Part shown: in pieces, positions 12,857 to 22,949 of the stretch | Position numbering within the stretch: position 1 is the stretch's first letter | Layout: the number at the start of each line of letters is the position of its first letter | From: Phoronis australis | Lineage: Eukaryota > Animalia > Phoronida | Direction of reading: 5' to 3' | Length of the DNA: 64,000 bases | Assembly: GCA_002633005.1 (NCBI GenBank) | Contig: NMRA01000017.1 | Coordinates: forward strand, 1,444,944 to 1,508,943 | Translations under genes and position numbers: made by a program | The notes under the pieces: generated by a model | What the model was told of the DNA's origin: nothing | The model's database searches: none | What the model saw: the letters and a program-made list of their open reading frames with translations, nothing else

Positions 12857-13013
12857 AAATACAAAACGTACCTCGATTGGCGTACATGAAGTAACATCCC
12901 ACTCGACATTATTCCGCGTATCGACCGAAACCGAAGGTCAAGGTCGATACGCGTAATAATGTCTGGAGGAATATTACTTCATGTACGCCAGTCTCGGTAC
13001 GTTTTGTGTATTT
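12857..13013. repeat. ~155-bp imperfect palindrome at the end of the foldback family element
   Basis: aaatacaaaacgtacc...ggcgtacatgaagtaa...gacattattccgcgtatcgacc, a loop, then ggtcgatacgcgtaataatgtc...ttacttcatgtacgcc...ggtacgttttgtgtattt. Confidence 0.9.
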
Positions 13014-14795
13014 ATTGTCTTGATTATGCTTTAGCGCGATTAAAGTGAAACTTCTAACATGAAAATCTAATTAGTTGCACTGACTTTTTATTTCTTTCTA
13101 TGATTGGGCAAAATTTGATGTAATGAATGACTTGTCCCACGAATTTTCGGTTAAATTGGTGTCTTGTTATCGCCAGGGTTTACCTAACTCCAACAAACGA
13201 AACACAGTTTAGTGTATGACACTAATCGAATGTATATTGGTTTAAAGGAGAATGCCACCCCAAAACAACCTATTTTGTATCAATTTAGATGAGTAGTTCC
13301 ACTTCGTAACAGCAAGTTCAGTTGTTTTACCCGGCACCTAACGGCAGACGGAGGTATTGAAATTAACCAGCGACCGGGTTAGTCGAACGCAGCCGGTCTG
13401 TTCAGCCGTTCACAACACGATTACTGGTGTCAACTTATCGCTTGAATTCATCGTTTTACACCGATAAATCATCAAAATTCGATATAAACCCCTTACAAAT
13501 ACATCGAGTTCTTGAACAAACGTGTTATTTTATTTCCAAATGTTACGGATTTATAGGTATTTGAACGTACCGTCGCCCACAGAGTTCGGTAGGCCAATTT
13601 ACCATGCTCGATCGCGGGAGTTTGGGTCTGTTTAGTGATAACTTCGAATCATTCTTCCGTGAAATACAGACGGGGGAACATAGCTGTATGTTGTACTTTT
13701 AGACTTGCTTTTTGTCAGTTCTAAACACTCAAAACGCTTGTTACGTACTCGCCAGTGGCTCGGAACCCGATCAGGCCCGTCGCGGCCGCCGGGACTGGAC
13801 ATCACGAACATAAACCGGCTTAAGTTGGAAACTAAACCCTGACCCAGGGTCACGAAAAAACTTTAATGGTGAGCCAAAGAAATAATTGCTTGTAATTATT
13901 TAGGTGAATTAGCCACGAAACTGAAAGTATGCTTACTTGTCGGGTGCCGCGAAGTCAGGCTCCCCTTCCACCGACAGAACCGCCAGGGCAAAGGTTGTAC
14001 AGTAACAATAATTTGAATAATGTATTTGTATATCTAAATATAGACTCCCCTGAATTGTGACCATAGCATATAAAATCGAGTTGTTGTTTCACAAAAGCAT
14101 TCTGTCAGCAAACACTAAATTAGAATGCGCTCTCACAGCCTCGGTGTCCGGTCAATTACCTTCATTGCATCTAAAGCCGGTAACGCAGTGGTTTATTCAT
14201 TGCTGGATTCTCAAAACATTTCCACTCACGAATACTTCAAAGGCATTACAAATTGTATCTAATGAGACAGACTTTGTTTCATTTTTTGTAAGCATTGGTT
14301 AGGATGAGAATAATTTATTTTGAAACAGAACGCAGAATAATAAACGTCTGCATGGCAACTCGCCCGGCGCCAATCCCGACTTAGTCGAGAGCTCATCCGA
14401 CGAAGACTTCACAGGTCGGATCGTTAGGTTTCACAGGCTATCAGTTCGAACTGGAATACGCCTAACCAGAAACAAATAGCAGATCAGATCTTAAAGATCA
14501 TCGTTTGCAAAGGCAGAAATCTTAAGATTTTTCAATTTTCACACTTCTTGTCTGCCACAAATTAAGCAGTCAAACATTTTGGAGGTACTGGAATGTACAA
14601 AAACAAGACATAAGTAATCAGACACACCATTTCCCTAAAATGACAGCTAATTCTGTTAACAGCAAAAGTGACTGGTAATAACTGTTATGGCAAAATTTTA
14701 ATTACAGAATGACTTAGCCGCCATACCAACCTTCTTGTTAATTCTGATTCATTCTGGCTCATCACAGAAAACTACTCCGACAATGAATTTGGCTT

Positions 14796-15190
14796 TTGTC
14801 TTGATGTTATAATGAGGACTTTCAATCAATTTGTCTGGATGTTATAATGAGGATTTTCAATCAATTTGTCTTGATGTTATAATGAGGATTTTCAATCAAT
14901 TTGTCTTGATGTTATAATGAGGATTTTCAATCAATTTGTCTTGATGTTATAATGAGGATTTTCAATCAATTTGACTGGATGTTATAACGAGGATTTTCAA
15001 TCAATTTGTCTTGATGTTATAATGAGGACTTTCAATCAATTTGACTGGATGTTATAATGAGGATTTTCAATCAATTTGTCTTGATGTTATAATGAGGACT
15101 TTCAATCAATTTGTCTTGATGTTATAATGAGGACTTTCAATCAATTTGTCTTGATGTTATAATGAGGATTTTCAATCAATTTGACTGGAT
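14796..15190. repeat. Minisatellite, 35-bp unit, ~11.3 copies
   Basis: Unit ttgtcttgatgttataatgaggaYtttcaatcaat is in phase every 35 nt (14801, 14836, 14871 ... 15151). No spacers. Confidence 0.95.
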
Positions 15191-15984
15191 TCTTTGGCTT
15201 GTACTGTAGATGGACTTAAATATTAAAATTTGATCAACATAATACCCCCAAAAAGTTTCAATGCCCATATTAATAATGCAAACTTGCTCTACTATTTTAT
15301 TGTTTCAGGAAGTCTCGCTCAGAAAAACAATACTACAAAAGTCATGGAAATTAACAGAAAGATGTATGGCAACAATGAAATTACTGCTTACCCTAGTTTT
15401 GTGGGATCATCACTCAAGCTTCCTGGTTGAAATACCTTGAGTACTTCAAATGCTTTCACTAATTTTTCCAAGTTGGCCATGTCTAAAAGATATACAACTT
15501 TCATTAATTTTAAGAACACAAAATCCTTGGCAAGAGACCACAGCGCATATCACAACTACAGGTGCTTAAGGTTATCTAGGATCTTAATAAAAGACCTCAA
15601 GTCTAAGTCAAATATCGCAAAAATTATACTTTGTCAACTATTAAATGTAATTTCTGAAAGGAGAAAGATCAAAGCTTCAAAAATATGCTTCTTACTACTG
15701 TGTCTCTATTTTTGTCATATCAAATTTTCATGTGCAAGAAAGGTACATTCATAGCCGATTTTACTAACACTTATTTTTACATGAAAAATTTACCTTATGT
15801 CTCAAAAACGCTGATAGGAATTTTTTATTATTCACTTTATCCGAGTTTCATGTCAAATTAACTCGCAAAACAAAAGGTAGCTGTCTTATTCATGTATCGA
15901 TCGGTACACAAAAACTAGGCATATTAAAGCAAAATCCCGACAGCGCCCACGACGCTTAGAAAAATTTCATTTCGGGGCCCTAAT

Positions 15985-17547
15985 GTGGAGCTCAAGTACG
16001 CTTCTCACTCTCTCACCCATTCAGAGCAAAAGTGGGCACAAAGGAAACTCTAGCGTTGGTGTTCGGACTGGAACGATTCAAACAGTATACTTTCAGTAGA
16101 CCAGTTTCAGTTTACAATGATCACAAACCTCTGGAAAATATTCTGTGCAAACCACTGAACCAAGCTCCCAAGTGTTTGCAGGCTTTTGTATACGACTACC
16201 GATATGACATCATGTTTAAGTATAAGCAGGGTAAAACTTTAGTTATTACAGACACCCCGAGCCGTGCGTCTCCAGACGGGGAACAGGTTAATGATATGAG
16301 CTTTAACTATGAAAACCCATTACATACGTATTATTCCTGATGCCCATTTGGAGGAAATATAGAGAGCAATGGAAACTGACTCTGAGGCGAAGGATTTACT
16401 TGAGGTAATCCAGGTAGGAAAGTCTTTCGGAATCATAAAACCTGTACTTCGGCATACGGGACACGTTAAGTCACGAGAAAGGCATTATCCTCAAAGATTT
16501 TAAGAAGAACGTATTTTTATACTAAAGGCTTTGTGTCAACAAATGAAGGAACGTCTACATGCAGCACGCTTAGGCTACGACAGCATGCTAAGAAGAGCAC
16601 GGAACACTATTTTCTGGCTTGGTATGCCCCGGAAGATCAAATAGCTTAGGAAGGCAGAATCTGGAGTTAAAATCATTAAAAGACTCATAGAAAATGTGTC
16701 CAAGATGGTTCCGACCAAAACCTTGATGTTATTGGAACCATGGCAAGAAACCAACCAAAGACCAGCAGAAATGATGTTTGGTCGACAAACCAGATTGCAT
16801 ATCCCATCATTGGCAGTTATGCATGGTGATGGCAAACTCAATGCCGATGTGGGAAAGCAAAGAAAATACCACGACCGTATTAAACGTTCATATAATAAGC
16901 ATGCTAAGGATTTAAGTGTTCTTGATGAAGGTCAATCAGTGCGTTTTCAGCGTCCCAACTGTAAATATTGGGACAGCGGAGTAGTTGCTAAACAACTGAA
17001 GGATCGCTCGTATGTATTCTTAGTCAGCTCGGAGCCGATAATGTCTGAAACAATCGTCATATCTTATTGGACATTGAGCGAAATCCTAAACAGCATTTCG
17101 AGGAACTGATTGATCTAGATATCCCGGAAACCGATCCATGTGAAAATTCGACTACTACGCATGATAACAGTACTCACACCCCACCCTCTCGACAACGACG
17201 TGAACCAGTTTGTTTCAAGGACTATGTTAGATACTCATTGCTTTTTTATAAGATTTTCTCGTTTCATTGTGGCAAATACTCTCACTGTTTATTCATTTCA
17301 TCTCTCTTAGTTGAATTTTTACCATTCTTCGTCATTTATTTGATGTCTCAAATCTCAACCTGTTTTAATTGCAACTTTGTTACGTATATTTAACTATTTT
17401 TTATTACTTTATTGTATTATATTACTGTTTTATATCTTGTTGTTGAGGGCCCTCTTGGAAAGCAGTGCTACAACTGAAGAGGCCACCCTCATTTTAAATA
17501 TCACAATAAATAAATAAATAAATAAATAATACATGTATGAAAATTGA
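15985..17547 (+). mobile_element. Decayed Ty3/Gypsy LTR retrotransposon pol (RNase H and integrase fragments)
   Basis: KETLALVFGLERFKQY...YNDHKPLENI (RT-RNase H), LHAARLGYDSMLRRARNTIFW (integrase zinc finger), PAEMMFGR, YNKHAKDLSVL, KDYVR. Many frameshifts and deletions. Confidence 0.85.
17235..17528 (+). mobile_element. Second, shorter copy of the CR1/L2-group LINE 3' UTR, inserted in the Gypsy relic
   Basis: Matches ~11670-11937 including the stem-loop (17445-17490) and (AAAT)n tail. Flanked by ATAC on both sides; removal restores DYVRYMYEN*. Confidence 0.85.
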
Positions 17548-17581
17548 CATTATATGAGTTTTCTTCTTTTAGCAAAGAGGG

Positions 17582-17757
17582 TGTTTATAGGTAGAATAGT
17601 TTACACAAACACCACCAGGTGTCCCTGCAGTTCAGTTCTATACATGCTCATTAACAGCGACCCTGACGGTCAGAAGCTGAGGATGCCTGTGAACATTATG
17701 AGAAATCGAATGATACCAAAATCATGTGTGTAGGTCAATATTGTCATATCGTGAACA
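17582..17757 (+). mobile_element. Probable 3' LTR of the Gypsy relic
   Basis: Purine tract aaagaggg immediately precedes TGTTT; the segment ends GAACA (TGTT/AACA inverted termini). Confidence 0.5.
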
Positions 17758-17764
17758 ATTAGTA

Positions 17765-18445
17765 CCTAGCCAGCCAGCTAGCTGTATGAAGACTGTCGTC
17801 AAAATACAGCTAGGTAACCACTGCGTGTATTTCTTCCGTAGACCCCAAAATTGCACACAGCCAGGTTAGTTCTGCTCGTCACCTCGCCATGAAATTTGTA
17901 TCAACATGTAAAGCTAAAGACCGGACAGGGTGCATGCAGAATCTGGGAATCAACCGACACTGACCTTGCCCGATACAGCTGTTTAAGTAAAAAAATGCAA
18001 TAAATGTCATTTTCTTGCGTAACTCTCCGCCTTTTCCAACAATGAAAAGTATGTAGTCATTTTGAAAACAGTACGCTCGTGTCACGGACACGCACTATTT
18101 CCTAAATTTTTGCGACATCTCTTAGGAGATGATGATAGCTTGGCAGCAGCAAAATTTCTTCTGAAATTCGTTTTATCGATCGGTATCAAAATTCTAAAAA
18201 CTTGTAATGAAGTAAAACCAGTTCCGATGAAAAAAAAGAAAAAGTCCCGATAATTTTTTGTGACATGTACGCAACCTCATGAAAGAACAGTTGATTGAAG
18301 AATCACCGAAAAAAGAAACTGGCCAATAGGTGACGCAATATTTCATGGCCCCGAAAGCCGTCACTAAATATCGCTCCACAACTCTAGCAGCAGAATAACG
18401 GTAGAACGCCATTTTTTCCAACACCGTTAAAAAATCTAGTTAACT
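17765..18445. repeat. Interspersed repeat family A (other copies ~40110-40805 and partial ~22610-22822)
   Basis: Collinear similarity, for example atcaacatgtaaagctaa.gaccgg...ggtgc.tgca.aatctgg...ccgacactgaccttg and tgtgacatgtac.caac...gttgattgaagaatc. Confidence 0.8.
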
Positions 18446-18672
18446 CAATGTTTACCGACTACAACACCGGACGGAAAAACACTTTGGCAATAAATGGCAT
18501 TGGCTCTTGATTGCCCATAGATGTAAGTTTTACCAGTACTTTATCTGCTTAAGCATTGAAAGTCCTCTCCTCCCACAGGATACGTGTCTGGCTCCTCCCG
18601 GTGCACACTCGCTCGTTAATACAAATACGTTGAAAAGGGTAACCTTTTAGCTGTTCAGGGGTAAAGTGTCTG

Positions 18673-18723
18673 CCGGCCCGTATTGGAATCTGGCCCGTAT
18701 TGGAATATTCCAATACGGGCCGG
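18673..18723. promoter_or_regulatory. Perfect 30-bp palindrome plus direct repeat carrying three CCAAT boxes upstream of UBLCP1
   Basis: ggcccgtattggaat at 18675 and 18692, then its reverse complement attccaatacgggcc at 18707-18721; 110-155 bp before the ATG. A regulatory role is inferred. Confidence 0.5.
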
Positions 18724-18830
18724 AGCACATCTGCATCAAGATATACTGCCGAACTTCCCACTTTACGATATCGTTTATTCTCGTTGAATATCGCAAAATG
18801 TCTTGTCATGGTCAAAGGTCAAGGTCAACA

Positions 18831-18990
18831 ATGGCGCACAATTTAGACTGTGTAATAAAATGGAGCGGCAAAGAGATTCCGATTAAAGGGCTTTTGCAGT
18901 CGCAAACTGTCTGTGATTTGAAAAGAGCTATTCAAAAAGAAACAGGAGTTCTTCCAAACAGACAGAAACTGCTTAATCTCAAGTTTAAGG
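18831..18990 (+). CDS. UBLCP1: UBLCP1 coding exon 1 (ubiquitin-like domain)
   Basis: MAHNLDCVIKWSGKEIPI...TGVLPNRQKLLNLKFKG, GT donor at 18991. All nine exons join in phase (160+92+86+116+99+137+114+128+76 = 1008 nt, 335 aa) and match UBLCP1 throughout. Confidence 0.95.
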
Positions 18991-19524
18991 GTTAGTGAGA
19001 CATCGTAAGACTAATTTTGAACACCGCGGCGACTTGTTGATGTTGTTGTTGAATGTTGTTGACTTTTTTGTTTTGGTTAGGATCTGGTACTGTATTTTGC
19101 TTCATTCAGGGCTTGTAACTACCACAGGTACATTTTAATTTGCGAAATTGTGTTCCATGGTGTATCAACATTGTGGAGTGTATCTCCTAATACTAGACAT
19201 GCAATTGCTGTATTACTGCAGGTTCACTAGCTAGGCCTCTAGAAGTAGATACCAGTTAAAACTCAGTCACAGCTACTCAAGCTTCAGTAGGTAGGCTAAA
19301 ACCCAATCCAGGTGCCCATCCCTGATGGCCTGATTGCCTGCTGAAAGACTGCCAGCAGCCTCCCGCCAGCAGTATAAATAAAAGAAACATGGGGGGAACC
19401 ACAAAGCTGACAAATCACAATACACCACAGAAAGTTAAAGGACGAATTCTGTTGAAGATTACAGCATTCCCCTCCTCCTAAAAAAGTGTAGGGCCCACCT
19501 GGGAATCATCACCAATCACCAGAT

Positions 19525-21195
19525 CAGGGATATCCCCAGGTTTCAAAACCCTGCTTGCCAGCTAGGCGAGTGAGCCAGAAAATCTACTCGCCCAGCCCAA
19601 AGTTCAGTCACCCGGCCGATTGCGTCTGTCACCACAAACTTGCAGCCAGTTTCAATAAAAATCATGCGTTGATGTCACCATCTATTAGGGCTACCGTATT
19701 CGCCATAATAAGCGGCCAGGATTCATAGTAAAATTCGTTGTGGAAGGCAGGGCGCTTGTTGTAGCCTTAGGCGGTTGAAACTCGATCTCCGAAACAGGTG
19801 AAATCGGAAGTTAGGATTCATCAAATTTACGCGCTGTGACGTATCTGGAACCTATGACAGACTCTACAAAACTGTGGTGCATTGCTATCAAAATTTGTTG
19901 TTAAATTACAATACTTTAAAAAAAAAAGTGTGGTGAAATCCCAGGGCGATAACTTGCGGACTATTGCGTTGCTGCCTCACGATTGCAACTTGAATTCTTG
20001 AGTCAAAATACAGTTTCGACTCAACTAATTACCTGAAATTCTCATTAAATTTTGCAAATGGTGTCGATAAGATTTTTAAGTTCCTGTGGAGTCAGGATTA
20101 ACCGCAGATTAAGTCCAAATCTGCACTAGATTGCACCACGCAACACGGGAAAAATGTGGACGCACACAGGTTGTTGTCACGTAACATTTGTTGTGAAGTT
20201 AGTCTACAGGTGTGCGCTGAGTGAGCGAGCGCGTGCGTGTCATCAAAGTTCATTTGCCAGAGTAGCAGGCCTACATATATGAGGCCCTAGTGGGCGCTTC
20301 TTAGCCATGTGCTCATTAACACTGGTCAAGTTTCAATTCGCGGTATTTACTTGTACAAAGTAATCTGGATTCCTGTTGAGGGAGAAGATCTGTACGGGAA
20401 AGATACAATGCAATCCCGTTGACAAGTAAGCTGCTTCTGTTCTGAAAGGCTTGACCATAGTGGGACAAATTCCTTGCAAGTTCAGCAAAACTTGCGTTCT
20501 TTTTGAAGCATTGCGGAAGTTTGAAGTGTACAGCCATGGCTAAATACCGACAGCGGCGAAATTCGTGGTCTAGAAATTCCACGCACAATTATGGTTTTTA
20601 AGGACTGTTGGATATTATTGATAAATTGACATTACTGTAGGTAAGGCATTTTTCGCATATGTACACGTTCATGGACTGGGCGCTTATTTTAGCGACGTCT
20701 GAAAACGAGTGGGGGGCATTTTTAGGAGGATGAGCGCTTATTAGGACGAATGTTTTTATTTATAAAATAATGTTGGCTAAAACGACATTGTACATTACAA
20801 TAAGAAATCATTTCCACGAAATATGGTATTTCACTTGCTGTTAGCATATGGACCAGTCTTCCGCCTTTCCCCCCTTTGTTTCGGACTAGTCCACAAATTC
20901 CTTTGTGCACGACCACACACCGTGATCTTTTGTCTAGACGAACCGTGTAGAATCGCACTGCGTCGATGTTTTTTTACTGCCGGAGCATCGGCACGCTGAC
21001 GAAACTGAAACTTAAATTCATGATAAAAACAGCACAAGGAGGAGAAAATTTATTCATGTTCATCTGGGAAACGATATAGTGTTTTTGCGCTCTGAAAATT
21101 CGCTCGCCACCTGCGCGACGGCAAGTCAACTTCTACTCGCCCAGCACCATTTTTACTCGCATTGGCGACTGGGCGAGTGGCTAAGTATATCCCTG
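19525..21195. mobile_element. Non-autonomous DNA transposon (CAGGGATAT TIRs, 5-bp TSD, hAT-like) nested in the LTR element
   Basis: cagggatat... and ...atatccctg termini, CAGAT duplicated on both flanks, subterminal tactcgccc repeats at both ends. Confidence 0.8.
19692..20751. mobile_element. pogo/Tc1-like MITE nested in the hAT-like element
   Basis: taccgtattcgccataataagcg at the left end and gcgcttattaggacgaat (eroded) at the right. Internal 19985-20230 recurs inverted at ~25130-25375. Confidence 0.6.
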
Positions 21196-22949
21196 CAGAT
21201 ACTTCCCAAATATGTAACCATATCCCCCCTTACTGAAAATAAAGCCACTGCTAAGTAGACCCAGAGTGTTAGAATGACAAGGACAGTTCCCCTGGAAGCT
21301 GAGAATAGCGTACATTAGGTTACATATTATGAGAAGTACCAAAAATAATTAAAAGAGCTCAGAATGGCAGCACATCCCAAACACATGAAGTAATTCCCAG
21401 TGCGGGAGTGCAGTCACCTAACAGAAAAGTTCTTGCTAGGGAGACTCCTCGGACTTGTAGCTGCAAAAGTGTATAGGACGCTTTCATTGTTAGTGGAGTT
21501 CTCAAAATAAACCCTGTGCTACCATGATGCATACATGCTACCCACATCGCCACTAGAATATTACAATTTGACGTGCTTCAGGTGGAGGCCGACAGACATA
21601 TTCCAACCCAAAGGGAACGCCTTGGTCACAGATCTAAAATGGATAGGTTCAGTGAGAAATGTGACTGACCCTCCACGTAGGCCTTCTGGCAACTGGGACG
21701 GAAATGGAAGTACCGCACTCGGGTTAACCACGCACTAGGGATACGATAATAACTAAGGGAAATAGTTGTAGGGAGAAAGTATTAGGTCAATGAAATGGTG
21801 TTCAAAGCCACGACCAAAACACTGCTTAAGCCTAAACTCACCAACTACAAGAACGCAATAAATAAACAAATAAATAAAAACCCAAAGGATAAACAACCCA
21901 GTTAAACCACCAACCTCAACTGACCAAGAAACCACTTGGCCACTGTACCAGCAACCTGCTAGCACAGTACCACTCCCCTATCCAACCTCCCCCCGGACCT
22001 AGGGAAAATGCCCTGTCAGGCAAAGGTTTCAAGAAAAGTGCTTGAATACTCCTAGAAAGACCTAACCAGTGCCGACTATGCCAATTGTTGTATTACTGCA
22101 GGTTCACTAGTTAGGCCTCTAGAAGTACTCACCAGTTAAAACACAGCTGCTCAAGCTTCAATAAAACCCAATCCAGGTGCCCGTCCCTGACGGCCTGATT
22201 GCCAGCAGCCTCCTGCCAGCAGTATAAATAAAAGAAACATCCAGGGAACCACAAAACTGACAAATTACGAGACATCACAGAAAGATAATGACGAATGATG
22301 TTGACGATTACAACACAATTGTTCTGAAAATAAGCATTTAAAGACACGCTCTTCAAGTTTGTTAATCCGTGGAATACAATTTTGCCCGAATATTGCAACA
22401 TTAATTGAAATCGTACCTGTTGTAATTGCAAGACCTGAATGAAGCAAAATACCGTAAGTTCCTAACCAAAACAGAAAAAGCCATTTAATGAAAGAGGAAT
22501 ATGCAAAAATGTCAACATTTTACACACATATGCCTTGCTCTCGACGCCATCTTGTAATTGAGTTATACTGCCTTAAGTTGAGAAAAGATGTCAACAGTTA
22601 ACCTAATGACAAAATGAAACCAGTTACAGTAATTTGTTGTGACATGTACACAACGTCATGCGGGGGAAGCAGTTGATTGAAGAATCGGAAGAAAAAAGAA
22701 ACTGGCCAATAGGTGATGCAATATTTATGGCACCAAAAGCTGACGCAAAGCATTGCAATACAACTTTAGCTGCAGAATAACAGTAGAATGCAATTTTACA
22801 ACATCTGTAAATAATTTAGTTTTCTAGTGGAAGTAGTAGTAGTTTTTAGTGACGCTAATCTTGTCAGATTTTATTTGTTCAGTTTTTACCCACATTGGCG
22901 CAAAGCTGTGCATTTAGTATACAGCTTTGCACCAAGGGTACTAAACCCC

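Larger units (their letters stand above)
19206..22315 (-). mobile_element. Non-autonomous LTR retrotransposon in UBLCP1 intron 1
   Basis: LTRs at 19206-19466 and 22086-22315 (TG(C/T)TGTA...TACA(G/A)CA) with CAAT TSD on both sides. Minus-strand PBS TGGCATAGTCGGCA (22070-22083, tRNA-Ser-like) and PPT (plus strand ttcccctcctcc from 19467). No intact ORF. Confidence 0.9.

Noticed and set aside
14796-15190. CRISPR-like array (35-bp repeats)
   Set aside because: Repeats are head-to-tail with no unique spacers, there are no cas genes, and the context is eukaryotic.
18666-18830. Longer UBLCP1 N-terminus from the ORF track (GTG 18666 or ATG 18798)
   Set aside because: Homology begins at ATG 18831, which has a good context (acaATGG). 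ATG 18798 cannot be excluded but is unsupported.
22070-22083. tRNA-Ser gene
   Set aside because: Only a 14-nt 3'-end match next to an LTR; it is a primer-binding site.
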